Part shown: positions 10,627 through 25,600 of the stretch, one piece after another
Layout of the letters: the number at the start of each line of letters is the position of its first letter
How positions within the stretch are numbered: position 1 is the first letter of the stretch
Origin: Mobula hypostoma
Taxonomy: Eukaryota
DNA: 64,000 bases
Assembly: GCF_963921235.1 (NCBI RefSeq)
Contig: NC_086097.1
Coordinates: 76,076,001-76,140,000, forward strand
Reading direction: 5' to 3'
Notes under the pieces: generated by a model
Databases searched by the model: none
What the model saw: the letters and a program-made list of their open reading frames with translations, nothing else
Told to the model about the DNA's origin: nothing
Program-made: the position numbers and the translations under genes

Positions 10627-13600
10627 GTAAGTAGTCAGGTCTAAATGATTCTTCACATTGTTGAAAGGCTTAGAGTATTAATTTTTTGATTTTGTTTGAT
10701 GTTTGAAACTGGAAGAGCAGTAAACTAGGATACTTTGGATCAAACTTTTTCTGCTTTGGACTACGCCTTTAAAAATCAATTTTAATTTAAATTACTAGGT
10801 ATTTAAGGTATCTTAGCCTAGCTTCCCATTATTCACTTGGATAATTCAGTGTATTGAGCAACAATGACTGAAATATGAGTGAGTAAAACATGATTTTTTC
10901 AGATTCATTGATCTATCACATGTACATTGAAATATAGAGTGAAATGTGTCGTTTGCTTCAACAAACAATGCAGCCTAAGGGTGTGCTGGCGGCTGAGAGT
11001 AGCCCACATTTGTCTGAAGGATCTGTTAATCTTGGAGGAACTTTAATGGTCAAATGAGAGTTGATCTAGTACTTTTAGTGCAAGGCACAAGCTATTGCCC
11101 TGCTTGGAGTACAAGAATTGAAACAGTTGATAAATAATCATTGTTAATATAAGCTAGCTTATAACTTCTATGATAAGTTGCTAGAGCATATGAGTTTTCA
11201 ATTGAATGTGGTATATTAGAGACGTTTAACTAGCTATATTTTCTTTGGTTACAAAGGTAAAATATATTTGGATGGATTTAGTAAGTCGCTTTTATTCCTA
11301 AGGATTTAATGGTTTGTTCAATACGAAGTGCAGTTGAGTCATAGAGAATTATGAAGATGTGCAGCAGAGAAATGGGCCCTTCCACTAATTTCATGCTGAT
11401 CTCCTCTCTTACACCTTAAACCTCCTATGCCTGTTCGTTTTTAACACCCCTACCATAGAAAAGATTCTGATCCTATTTATAATTATAATTTCATATAGTT
11501 TTATCAAGTCACCCCTGAACTTCCTTCCTTCCATGGGAAAAAAAACCCCGGCTTATCTAGTCTCAGTAAATCTAAAGTCCTCCAACATCCTAGTGAAGCG
11601 CTCTGCACCTTCTGCTGCAAAATCACATCCTTCCTTGGAGTGACACGGTGGCCTAGCAGTGAGCACAGTCACTTTTTAGTGCTTACAATCACCAGTTGGT
11701 GTTAGATTCTTACCGCTGTCTGTAAGGCATTCATGCATTCTCCCCATGGCTGCATGGGTTTTTACTGGGTGCTCTGGTTTCCTGTCGCATTCTAAAGACA
11801 TGTAGTAAGGTTATTAAGTTTTGGGTATGCTATGTTGGCACTGGAAACGTGGTGACACTCGCAGGCAGCCCCAACATAATCGTCAGATCGTGTGTCATTG
11901 ACGCAAAACCACAAGTTTCACTATGTTTCAATATACATGTGGCAAATTCCTTTACTATAGTGACCAGTATTTTATAAAGCTGCTGCATTGAACATAGAAA
12001 GGCAGAGCACAGGAACAAGCCCATGATGTTGTGTTGAACTAATTAAGTTAATGATGCCTAATTAAACTAATTACTCCTGCCTACACATTCATGCACCCAA
12101 GAGCCTCCAAAGTGCTTTTATCACATCTGCCTCCACCTACCATCCCTGGCAGCACTTCCAAGCATCCACCACACACTGCTTCTTTTTCAAAAATAGTTTG
12201 CCCCGCATCTCTATTTTGAATTTTCCCTTTTGCTTTAAATATTTGCTCCCTAGTGTTGGACATGTTGACCCTGGGACAAAAATACCAGCTGTCTATTCTG
12301 TTTTTGCCGTTCATTATTTTATGAACTTCAGTCAGGCCTCCATCACTTCCAGGGAAAACAGCTCTGGTTTATCCAACCTCTCCTTGTAGCACAGACGCTG
12401 TTATCCAGGTAGCAACCTAGTAGACCTGCACACTCTCCAAAACCTCCGCATCCTTCCTGTACTGGGGTGATGAGATTTCTATAGAATATTCCTGATGAGG
12501 CCTCACTACAGCTTTATAAAACTGTAGCATTATTTCCTAACACTTGAACTCAGTGCCTCTACTAATAAAAACAAGCATGCCATATGCTTTCTTTACCACC
12601 CTATCAACTGTGTGGCCATTTATAGAGAACTATGAACTTGGACCCTAAGTCCATTTACATTAGATTTCCTGAAGTGCATCACCTTAAATATGCCCAGAGT
12701 AAACTTCATCTGCCATCTTTCTACCCATATCTGAAGTTGATCTATATCCCGCTGATTCTTAGGTAATTTTCTATACTATCCTCAATGTCACCAATCTTTG
12801 TGTCATCTGCAAACTAACAATCTATTCATTCAATTTTTCATATCTAATAGCTGATTCCATATGTGGTTGTACCTTACTTTGAGTTCTAGTCATACAGAGG
12901 CAATTGATGGGCCCTCCACTATGTCCTTTCTAAGTTAGCTGTGATAGTATCACTAATTAGCAGTATGACTCATCACCCTCTTTTACTTCCCTCTCTATCT
13001 ACTAAAGCATCTCTATAATGTCCACAGTATCATAGTTCCAGATATTGATTCATCCTCTAAGTTCACCTCCCTTACCCTTAATACTTCTTACATGAAAATA
13101 AACACATTTAAACCCTACGTTCTGCACCAGCTCCTCAGCCGCTCATTTATCGTTTGTCTTTCTATTCCTGTCCACATTTGCACGTAATACTGGGAGTAAT
13201 CTAGAGATTATTACCCTGGTGGCTCTGCTTTTCAGCCTCTTCTAATTCCCTGTATTCGATGCACAGGACATCCTTCTTTCTAACATGTACCGTGACTTCC
13301 AAGATGTTCTTCACCCTGGCACATGGAAAGCAACACACCGTCTAAATCTACTGTCTCCCCCCATCACTGCCAACATGCCCTTCCCTGCTGAGCCTCAGAG
13401 CAAGCCACACTGCTGGCTTGCCTGCTGTTACTATGCCCAAAAATGTCAATTCCACCCCCTCCTCTCTTACCCCCCCCCCCACCAAGAGAATCCAAGAGAA
13501 TATACCTGTTAACTAAGGGGAATGACTCAGGGGAACCCTATGTTGTCTGGTTATTCCTTTTGCCCTTCACCTAACAACCTACTGCCCGCACCTTAGGTGT

Positions 13601-16600
13601 GACCACTTCAGTGAAATTCTCCAATCATGTTTATCTCAACGTCCTGGATGGTCCTAAGTACGTCCAACTCCAGTTCTTTAATGCAGCCAGTCAAGAGCTG
13701 TAGCTGGGCACACCTTCCACTTGCTAGGAGTTTCCCTGATCTCCCACATGATACCCTATCTTGTATTTTATACCCAGCTAATGAAGGTAAATGTGTCATA
13801 TTCCTTCACTGGCCTTTTGACTTCTATTGCTATTTTCAAGGAACAATGCACTTGGACCCCTCAGTCTCTTTGTTTATCAGCATTCCTCAATGCCTATTTG
13901 TTTACTGTGCATGTCCTACCCCTATTTCACTTTTCCCAAATGCACCTTGCACTTACCAGGATTAAATCTACTTGCTCTGTTCAACTTCCTAGTTGTAGCC
14001 TATCTTCTTGACTATTTATGGCATCACTGATTTTTGTTTTGCTGGCAAACTTGCTATTCATCCCTCCTACACTTGCTTCCAAGGTGATAGTGTTAATTCA
14101 CAAACAGCTAATTGGTCTGGTTGAATATTTTTGAAATAAATATTGTAAAATATATAACACATCAGATATCAAGTCTCAAACTGAACCTGATACATAATAT
14201 TTTAATCATAGTCTCCTAATGGTAACCTTTCAGTGAAAATTGTTCTGTTACACCACTTTCACACTGGTTGTAGCTCATTTAAATGTTAAGCCAGAGCTAA
14301 CCGTACATTATTTTAATAGATTAGAAATAATTAAATTATTAACCAACATCTAACTGACATTTTGTTCATGATCTGCACTTTTAGGTTTCTTGTTGATGCC
14401 TGCAGCTACTTAGAAAAGCACATTCACACAGAAGGACTCTTCAGAAAATCAGGATCTGTGACTCGTCTTAAAATTTTAAAGGTACTGAGCAATACTTAAT
14501 TTCTATTGCTAACCCTGAATCTCTATTACTGTGACATGAGGATAGTTTCACTTTCCTCATTGCTTCATAGAAGTGGATTGTTGGCACCACAAATGCTACC
14601 TTCATGGCATATTTTTCTATTATTCTCAATGGAATATCCAAAGAATCCAGATGTCACAATAGTTTGTAGTGTTGTAGAGCGAACTCATTCTGCTCATTTG
14701 TTGATTCTGAATATAATTTGATTGGTTATCATGTAAATTATTACTTCATCTGGTACTGGTTTGTTATGGAGAACTTCAAATTTTTAATATCTTCATCCTC
14801 ATTTTAATGTTCTTCCACCACCATTGATCCCTGCCACATAAAATTCTACATGCCCTTTACCCTTGAGATTCCTACTTTCTAATAATTAAGACCTCTTGAA
14901 GTTGTCTTTGCAAGTCAACTTTGCTCCATTGTTTGCTGTACTTTGGATTTTAAGGCAAACTCTGGAGTTTTGCCTTTGAATTTATCCACCCCCACCCCTC
15001 AACCTGCCTATTTAGAGTTAAAATTCTAATATCTCCTTATACCACCCAGAGTCAAATTTAAGGCAACTATCAAGCACATTCGGATATTTACTTAGTTACT
15101 TAAGTTATGTAAAAGGCATCTTGCTGTCACAACATCAATTGTTTCGTGTTCTCCACTCCCCTCACCCACTTCTGCCACATCCTGTCTGAATGTTCAACAC
15201 TACTTGTTTTGTATCAATCGCAATCTAGTCAACAAACCAGCAGACAAGGGTGAAGCTGTTGTAGTCTGATGGACTGATTTCTACCTTGCAGAGGCCAGGT
15301 GGCAGCACTTGGACACCACCTCATTCCCCTGGGCTATGACCCCACCAATGTACACCAGGCCACTTTCTCACATGCCATCACGGATCTCTCCTGAGCCTTG
15401 CACTTGATACTGCCTCAAACCCACACTTCCCACTTTTATTTCCTACCCAAGATCTATAAACTGAACTGTCCTGGTATGTCCATTATTTCTGCCTGCTGTA
15501 GCTCCACTGAACTTGTATCTTCATACTTTGACCTGATCCTGTTTGGCTGGTTCCTTCCCACCTATATCCTGGACACCACACGTGCAATCCACCATTTTGT
15601 CAACATTTAATTTGCTGTCCCATCTGCCTCACCTTCTTTGGATGCCCAATCTTTGTATACCTCTCTCCCCCCATTAGGTTGAAACTGAGGAGGAGACGCT
15701 TGTCTTTACACTTTTTTATGTTTCCTCCTTTTCTTGCATTTAGTTCTACTTGTTGCTTTTTAAAGAGTAATGAATTTTCCTTTGTTAAACTCCAAGCTTT
15801 TTTTTTGTAAAAATATAGTCTGCTAATTGAATGTCAGGTGCATTTATTTTGGTAGACAATATTTAAAATGGATAGATTAATTTTGATAAGTGATTAAGCA
15901 CATTGTAACTTTTTTCACATTTTTCAAATCATATTAATACCGGTCAGTCTTGCTGTCAAAGGAAGTAATAAATTGATGAAATTAAAGCTTGCATTTAGTT
16001 CTTTCACTGAATGTAATATTTTCAAACACAGCCTTTTAAAATTTTTTCGCATATTTAAGAAGTTTGCTCTAATCTGAGGGGTTGTGCTGTATGATTTTGG
16101 TAGGGTATCATGAGGGTTGTTCTGCATTTATATCTATTGACATCCCTGTCTGGAGTGTACACTACTAATGTGAATGCAATATGTTTGTTTCTCTAGGCCA
16201 AAGTGGATCAGGGTGAAAAATGGCTTACTCTGTCGCCACCCTGTGATGTGGCAGGTTTGGTTAAACAATTTTTTCGGGAGCTGCCTGAGCCTGTACTTCC
16301 ACTGGAATTGCATGAAGCTTTCTTCAGAGCACAACAGCTGCAAAATGATGAGAAGATTTCTGCCACAATTCTTCTTTCCTGTTTGCTCCCTGAGAAAACT
16401 ATTGATACATTGCACTATTTCCTGAAGTTCCTTAATAACGTGTCCCTCAGGTTCGTATTCTGGTCTATTGTGTGGTAAATTACTGACAAATAGATTAATT
16501 TATATTTGTATCAAAATTGTTTTCAATGTATCAGAAATATGTAATTTAATCCTGAAAAGGGGTTGCAGACCTGAAACATTCACTGTTTCTCTTTCCACAG

Positions 16601-19600
16601 ATGTTTCTTGACCCACAGAGTTATTTTCAGCATTTTCTGTCATCATTTCAGATTTCCAGTGCCTGAAGTTTTTTTTAATCTTCATTACATAGATTTTAGG
16701 GAATGTATGGTATATATTTGTTCACAAAAAAGGAAGTGTCTTTAGCTCATTCTGTTGCTTATTTGTGTCTAATTTGTCTTGATTTTCATGTTTTTTTAAC
16801 CTTATCCTAAAATAGTTTCTGCATTTTTATTTAGCTATTTTCTATTGAGGTAAATAATTACATAATTTTCAAGAATGTGTGCAAGATGAAAATTTTTTAC
16901 AAGTTTCCTAACATATGTATGAACATTTTGTAAGATGCTATGTTTAGAAGTATGTAACTCAGAACCGCACATTCCAATCCAATGGTGAGTAGGTTTATAT
17001 TATTTCCACTTGCACTGACTACCTTGAAAATGTTGTGTGGAATTCCAGAACCTTGCAGCATAAAAGCAGGGCATTTGTCAAATCAAATCGATGATTTTGT
17101 TTATTCATTTTTTTATATTTTGAGGTTCAGTTAATTTTCTCTTCCTTATCCCATGTTTTTAGTTTGGGTACTTGTGATGTCGCTACTTCAAAAGTTACAT
17201 TATTTCTGCCTAGCTACAATAAGGTAGATTGCCTGAGTCATTGTCAGCAATCTGTCCAGTCCCCAGTTATTTTGCTTTATCTAAGTGGAACTTTTTTGAG
17301 GGCAGTTAGGTATTGATCACCTTGATGTGGATCTGGAGACATGCAGGCCAGACTTGAATTATGAAAGATTTGCTTCCCTGAAGAATAGTAGAGGGAAAAA
17401 TGGTTTTAACTTCAATAGTTTCTTGGTTACTGTTAGTAAGACTAATCGTCATTTAATTTCAGATTTATTAAATTCCTAGCTTTTATGCGAACTCATGGAA
17501 CTTAAATGTGTATCCCTTTATGAATGGCTGTGTGAGAGCTTTCCAGTCCAGTCTCGTATCTTGTTCTGCATATATTGCATTTCTATTTCTTCATTTATTT
17601 TGAAATACCTTTTCAAATGATCAAATTTAAAGCAATTTCACTTAAGTAACAACATGCTATATGCTACCCTTTTCATTCCAAGTTCTGTATTTATGATGTT
17701 TTAATTTCTTCCTTTGTTCTACCTCAGTTCCCTTTATTTTCATTAAAAATTATTTGCTGTATTCCGACTAGTAAACTATTATTTGGTGTGAAAGTGAGCC
17801 TAGCTTAAGGCCAAATTCAAAATATTGTACATGCTGAAAACCTGGAATTAAACAAAAATTGCTGGAAATATTTAGCACTTGGGGATGGAGTTAATGTTTC
17901 AGGTAAGTTTGAATGAAGGACTTGAAATGTTAACTCTGTTTCCCTCTCCAATAATGTGTACTCTCTTAAATATTTGTCACCATTCAGATTTTTGGCAACT
18001 GCACTTTGCTTTTTTAAATTACTGGATATGCTGTATTCAGGACAGTCAACAAATGCAGCAAGGTAAATAGAGTTATTGTTCTGGTTTGATGGTCTTTTAT
18101 AAGAGTTAGTAACTTAAGGTGCAAAGACAGTGGAGAATACAAAAGACTGATGGACAGATGAGATTAAATGGCTGATGGAAGTAAATGGGGCAGCATGAAA
18201 GGGTAGTGAAAGCAAAAAAATGAAATGTAAGTTAGGAAGAGACATAAATAGGAGATAGTGAATAACTATGTGAAATTGCTAGCTGAAAGGAAAAAACAAT
18301 ACTGGAGGTACAAGACACAAAGACTGCAACCAATGATTTTCTGAAGTTGTTGAGTGCCAAGTTGGAAAATGAGATGGTGTCTCTTGGGCTTAAATTGGGC
18401 TTTGTCGGAAGAGTGTGATATGGGAAAGGAGCTCAGAATGGGCAGAGGTATGAGGTGGAGAATTAATGTTGCAGGCAACTGGGTGAGTGTGCTTCTGCTT
18501 GCCAACAGAACGGACGTACTCCGTGAAGTGGCCAGTAGTTTGGTTTCTCCAGTATGGAAGAGATTGTTTTAAAGTCACCAAATATCTAAAATGGAATACT
18601 TGCAGTTAAGAGTATTTTGATCTCCAATGGGGGGAAAAGGGAGAAGGGGAGAAGGTTGGGCAGTTTCTTCTGATGCTTAGAATGGTGTCATGAGAAGGGA
18701 GTGGAAAATGAACAGCTGTACCAGCAGAAATGGTTTCAAAGTGGGAATATTGCAGGTGTTGGTAATTATGGAGGATGACTTGTTAAATGTGGAGGCTGAT
18801 ATAGAAAGATTAGTATTGGGGGAAGTGAGCAGGAGGCAAAGTAATTACACAACACCAGGTAATGGAACAGATGTGGTTGTCTACAATGGTGGAAAGTCAT
18901 TCACGGTAAATACAAGTTTCAAACTATATTTTTTAATTCCTTAAGTTTTTACTGCCCTTTTTCTGGTTTCTTTATTTTTGTGAACATCCTTGTGGTTTTT
19001 CTTCTCCTCTAGCCCTTTTGTGTCTTAAAATAATTTTACTCTAACTTTTCCTATTTCTGAAATGAAATGTTAAAGTGATCTAAATTCTGTTATCACTCTG
19101 TGGATGCCTTGAGACCTGCTCAACATTTCTAGTGTTTTCTTCTTTCATTTATAATTAGTCAAGCATCTTTGACTATTGGCTCTCTTGCTATTTCATTGGT
19201 AAATTATTCCTGTTAATTTTAACATCCCTTGTGGGATGGGGTGACTAGAATTATGGTTAGTACTTCCCTAGGGCAAAAATAAATTTGATGAATAAACTCT
19301 TCGTAGAGTATCGAAACGTCTGTTATAATAGACAGCCATACCTGGCTGTAAGCCCAAGAAAAGTTTATTTGCTATATATGCTGGGAAAATGCTAGATCCT
19401 TTTTTTTTTAAAAGCAAAATTGATCTTTAAATTCTTTATCTTTATTTCCTGAAATAATTAACTGAGAAATCTTATATTTTGTTGTGATTTGAACAGAAAA
19501 AAAAATAAAATTGCCTATGTGAATCCATGAGAAATAGAGCCTTCATAGTGTACGGCAGTTACTGATGCAAAAGAGGTGTTTTTCTGACATCAGGGCAAAA

Positions 19601-22600
19601 TACTAAGTATTTTGATATGCTCTAAGGTTGGTACATTGTGTTCCCAATGAATGCCTGATGTTACAACTGGGCATCAAGATTTTATACCTCTAAGTGTGAG
19701 GTATTAAGGTGAATTGAATGCTTGTTAGCAACAGCAATTCTGGTTCATTTGGATAATGGTACAATTTGTGTGCCCTTACTTTTGTTCTATACTTGGGCTT
19801 CTGATTTCTCCCAATAAGTTAATCCTCTGCCTTTTGTTGAGTATTATTGAGAACTCCATTAATAAAATGAATCAGCATCATGCTCTGACAGGGAGTGATG
19901 ATAAATGCTGCTTTAACAATAGGCAAAAGCATATATCCCAAAAAGGAGCCCCTTACTAAATCAGTCATTGTTGTAAATAATGAGAGAATAAATTATAGCC
20001 ATTCTACATTACAAGTTTTCAGCTGTATATCTATTCCTTTGGACATGTAGCGATAGCAGTAGAATAGAGCAGCTATTTCATTATAATCATATAACAATTA
20101 CAGCACGGAAACAGGCCATCTCGGCCCTTATAGCATTTAGTAACTAATCTAGATTCCTTGAATGATCTCTGGAGTTCTATGGGTAACTCTAGAAATTAAA
20201 ATACAATAGTGTACAACTATTTTGCAGGAAAGACAAAGTTTAAAATTCAATATTCTTCTAAGGGTTGATCAAAAGAAATGTTTTAATTTTAATTGTACAA
20301 AACCAGGCACTGATATTTCTAACAATGCATGTGAGCAAGAATCAGCTTTATTATCACTGGAAAACTTGTATATAAATTAAATAAATGGTGCAGAAAGAAG
20401 GGAAGAACTATCGAGGTAATGTTCGTGGGTTCACTGTCCATTCAGAAATCTGCTGGTGGAAGGGAAGAAGCTGTTCCTGATGCATTCAGTGTGTCATTAG
20501 ATTAGATTAGATTATTGAGCCGAGTACAGAGCAAAGCCAATGAAATACAGTTAACATCTAACCAGAATTGCAAAGAATAGTGTTATTTACCACTATTAGG
20601 TTCCTGTATCACCACTATGATGGCAGCAATGAGAAGAGGGCAGTTGGAGTCCTTGAGGATGGATACTGCCTTTTGAAGGTGTCCTCCATGCTGGGGAGTC
20701 TACTGCCCCTATGGAGATAGCTGAGTTTACATAGAAACATAGCAAACCTGCAGCACAATACAGGCCCCTCGGCCTGCAAAGCTGTGCCGAACATGTCCTT
20801 ACCTTAGAACTACCTAGGCTTACCCATAGCCCTCTATTCTTCTAAGCTCCATGTACCCATCCAGGAGTCTCTTAAAAGACTCTATCGCTTCGGCCTCCAG
20901 CACCGCTGCTGGCAGCCCATTCCATGCACTTACCATTCTGCGTTGTTTTTAAAAAAAAACTTACACCAGACATCTCCTCTGTACCTACTTCCAAGCACTT
21001 TAAAACTATGCCCTCTTGTGCTAGCCATTTCAGCCCTGGGAAAAAGCCTGACTGTCCACACGATCAATGCCTCTCACTATCTTGTACAGTTCTATCAGGT
21101 CACATCTCATTCTTCGTCACTCCAATGAGAAAAGGCCAAGTTCACTCAACCTATTCTCATAAGACATGCTCCCCAATCCATGCAACATCCTTGTAAATCT
21201 CCCCTGGTTTCCACATCCTTCCTGTATTGAGGCGACCAGAACTGAGCACAGTACTCCAAGTGGGGTCTGATCAGGGTCCTATGTAGCTGCAACATTACCT
21301 CTCTACTCCTAACCTCAATCCCACGATTGATGAAGGCCAATGCACTGTATGACTTCTTAACCACAGAGTCAACAGGAGCACCAGCTTTGAGTGTCCTATG
21401 GACTCTGACCCCTAGATCCCTCTGATCCTCCACACTGCCAAGAGTCTTGCTATTAATGCTATATTCTGCCATCATATTTGACCTACCAAAATGAACCATC
21501 TCACACTTATCTGGGTTGAACTCCATCTGCCACTTCTCAGCCCAGTTTTGCATCCTATCAATGTCCCGCTGTAATCTCTGACAGCCCTCCACACTATCCA
21601 CAACACCCCCAGCCTTTATGCCATCAGCAAATTTACTAATCCATTTCCTCATACAAGTCATTGATAAAAATCACAAAGAGCAGGGGCCCCAGAACAGATC
21701 CCTGAGGCACTGCACTAGTCACTGGCCTCCATGCAGAATATGACCCGTCTACAACCACTTTGTCTTCTGTGGGCAAGCCAGTTCTGGATGCACAACGCAA
21801 TGTCCCCTCGGATCCCAGGCCTCTTTACTTTCTCAATAAGCCTTGCATGGGGTACCTTATCAAAGGCCTTGCTAAAATCCATATACACTACATCTATGGC
21901 TCTACCTTCATCAATGTGTTGAATCACATCCTCAAAAAATTCAATCAGACTCGTAAAGCATGACCTGCCTTTGACAAAGCCATGCTGACTATTCCTAATC
22001 ATATTATGCCTCTCCAAATGTTCATAAATCCTGCCTCTCAGGGTCTTCTCCATCAACTTACCAATCACTGAAGTAAGACTCACTGGTCTATAATTTCCTG
22101 GGCTATCCCTACTCCCCTTCTAGAATAAGGAAACAACATCCACAACCCTCCAATCCTCCGGAACCTCTCCTGTCCTCATTCATGATACAAAGATCATTGC
22201 CAGAGGCTCAGCAATCTCCTCCCTCGCTTCCCACAGTAACCTGGGGTACATCCCGTCTGGTCCTGGTGACTTATCCAACTTGATGCACATCCTCTTCCTT
22301 AATATCTACATGCTCAAGCTTTTCAGTCCACTACAAGTCATCCCTACAATCACCAAGATCCTTTTCTGTAGTGAATACTGAAGCAAAGTATTCATTAAGT
22401 ACCTGTGCCATCTCCTCAGGTTCCATACACACGTTTCCACTGTCACACTTGATTGGTCCTATTCTCTCATGTCTTACCCTCTTGCTCTTCACACACTTGT
22501 AGAATGCCTTGGGGTTTTCCTTAATCCTGTCTGCCAAGGCCTTCTCATGGCCCCTTCTGGCTCTCCTAATTTCATTCTTAAGCTCCTTCCTGCTAGCCTT

Positions 22601-25600
22601 ATAATCTTCTATGTCTATCATTACCTAGGTTTTTGAACCTTTTGTAAGCTCTTCTTTTCTTCTTGACTAGATTTACAGCAGCCTTTGTACACCACAGTTC
22701 CTGTACCCTACCATCCTTTCCCCATCTCATTGAAACGTACCTATGCAGAACCTCATGCAAATATCCCCTGAACATTTGCCACATTTCTTCTGTATGTTTC
22801 CCTGAGAACATCTGTTTCCAGTTTATGTTTCTAAGTTCCTGACCGATAGCCTCATATTTCCCCTTACTCCAATTAAACGTTTCCGTAACTCGTCTGTTCC
22901 TATCCCTCTCCAATGCTATGGTAAAGGAGATAGCATTGTGATCACTATCTCCAAAATGCTCTCCGACTGAGAGACCTGACACCAGGCGAGGGTCATTTCC
23001 CAATACCAGATCAAGTACAGCCTCTCCTCTTGCAGGCTTATCTACATAAATTGTGAAACCTTCCTGAACACACCTAACAAATTCCAACCCATCTAAACCC
23101 AGGACATGTCAATCGCTATTTGGGAAATTAAAATCTCCTAACACAACAACTCCTTTCTGGAATCTGTCTCCCTATCTGCTCCTCGATGTCCCTGTTACTA
23201 TTGGGTGGCCTATATATATTTTTTAAAAAAACACCCAGTAGAATTATTGACCCTTCCTATTTCTAACTTCCACCCACAGAGACTCCATATACAACCCCTC
23301 CATGACTTCCTCCTTTTCTGCAGCTGTGACACTATCTCTGATCAACAGTGCCATGCCCCCACCTCTTTTGCCTCCCTCCGTCCTTTCTGAAACATCTAAA
23401 GCCTGGTACTTGAAATAGCCATTCCTGCCCCTGCACCATCCCACTCTCTGTAATGACCACAACATCATAGCTCCAAATGCTGATCCACACTCTAAACTCA
23501 TCCGCTTTGTTCATAATACTCCTCACACTAAGATAGACACATCTCAAACCATCGGTCTGAGTGTGTCCCTTCTCTATCACCTGCCTATGCTCCCTTTCTC
23601 ACTGTCTCCAAGCTTCCTCTATTTGTGAGCCAATCTCCCTTTACTCTGTCACTTCAGTTCGGTTCCCACCCCCTAGCAATTCTAGTTTAAACTCTCCCCA
23701 ATAGCCCTTGCATACCTCCCCGCCAGGATATTGTTCCCCCTCAGATTCAAGTGCGACCTGTCCTTTTTGTACAGGTTGCTTCCGCCAAAGAAGTCCCAAT
23801 GATCCAGAAATCTGAATCCCTGCTCCCTGCTCCAATCCCTCAGCCACGCATTTATTCTCCACCTCATTCTACTCCTATACTCACTGTCACGTGGCACAGG
23901 CAGTAATCCCGAGATTACTACCTTTGATGTCCTGCTTCTCAACTTTCTTCCTAACTCCCTGTAGTCTGTTTTCAGGACCTCCTCCCTTTTCCTACCTATG
24001 TTGTTGGTACCAATATGTACTACGCCCTCTGGCTGTTCTCCTTCCCACTTCAGGATATCGTGGACGCGATCAGAAATATCCTGGACCCTGGCACCTGGGA
24101 GGCAAACTACCATCCATGCTTCGTTCCTGCGTCCACAGAATCGCCTGTCTGACCCCCTAACTATAGAGTCCCCTATCGCTGCTGCCATCCTCTTCCTTCA
24201 CCTACTCTTCTGAGCCACAGGACCAGACTCTGTGCCAGAGGCGTGACCACTATAGCTTCTCCCAGGTAGGCTGTCTCCCCCCACAACAGTACTCAAACAG
24301 GAGTACTTATTGTTAAGGGGTTCAGCCACTGGGGTACTCTATAGCATCTGCTTCTTGCCCTTCTCTCTCCTGACTGTTGCCCACTTCTGTCTCCCATGGC
24401 CCTGGAGTGACTACCTGCCTATAGCTCCTCTCTATCACCTCAGTCTCCCTGACCAGACGAAAGTCATCGAGCTGCATCTCCAGCTCCCTAACGCGGTCCC
24501 TAAGGTGCTGCAGCTCGACGCACCTGGCGCAGATGTGGCTGTCTGGGAGGCTGGGAGTCTTCAGGACCTCCCACATCTGACACCGAGCACAGAAAATCAG
24601 CCTCTCTCACACACATTGTCTGTATTCTAAACAGATAACCTACCTCCGGTTATCACCAAAGCCCTCCTTCTCTGCAGCTTTTTCTGATTCTGTGCAGTGG
24701 CCCCTCTGTACCAGACAGTGATGCAACCAGTCAGAATGCTCTCCATCATATCTTTAAAAATTTGCAAGTGTCTTTGGTGACGTAACATGTCTCCTCAGAC
24801 TCCTAATGAAATATGGCCACTCCCATTCCTTCTTTGTAATTGCATCAGGATGTTGGGCTCAGGATATATTCTTCAGAGATGTTGACACCCAGGAGTTGAA
24901 ACTGCTCACCCTTTCCACTGCTGATCCCTTGATGAGGATTGGTGTGTGTTCCCTTGACTTCCCTTTCCTGAAGTCCATAATCATTCCCTGGTCTTACTGA
25001 CATTATGTGCGAGGTTGTTGTTGTGACACCACTCAGCTGATCTATCTTGCTTCTGTGCTCTTCCTTGTCACCATCTGAAATTCTGCCAACGGTAATTGTG
25101 TCATCGACAAATTTCTAGATGGCATCTTGGCTATGCTTGGCCACAGAGTTGTGGTTGTAGACAGCAGAGCAGTGGGCTAAGCGCACACCCTTGAGATGCA
25201 CCAGTGTTGATTGTCAGTGAGGAGATGTTATTTCTCACCAGGAGACCACATACTGCAGATCAGAAAGTCAAGGATCCAGTTACAGAGGGAGGTACAGAGG
25301 CCCAGGTTTTGGAGCTTGTCAATTAGAACTGAGGGTATAATTACACAAAATGCTGGAGGAACTCTGGGGGGGGGGGGAAGGAGAGAGAGGCAGGGAGGGG
25401 GAGAGGGAGAGACACTTTGATTTCCAGCATCTGCAGATCGTCTTTTGTTTGTGAGGGTATAGAATGCTGAGCTGTAATCAATAAACAGCAGCTTGACATA
25501 CAGTACTGTGCAAAAGTCTTGTATGTGTCTTTTTTTTTATATAAAGCTTTTGCACAGTACTATAGTAATTTTATGTACTGCACTATACCACTGCTGCTGG

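Noticed and set aside
16548..16590. Additional hammerhead-like motifs (also about 46123-46160 and 51796-51825)
   Set aside because: The core boxes are too degenerate to call ribozymes; treated as decayed PLE ends.
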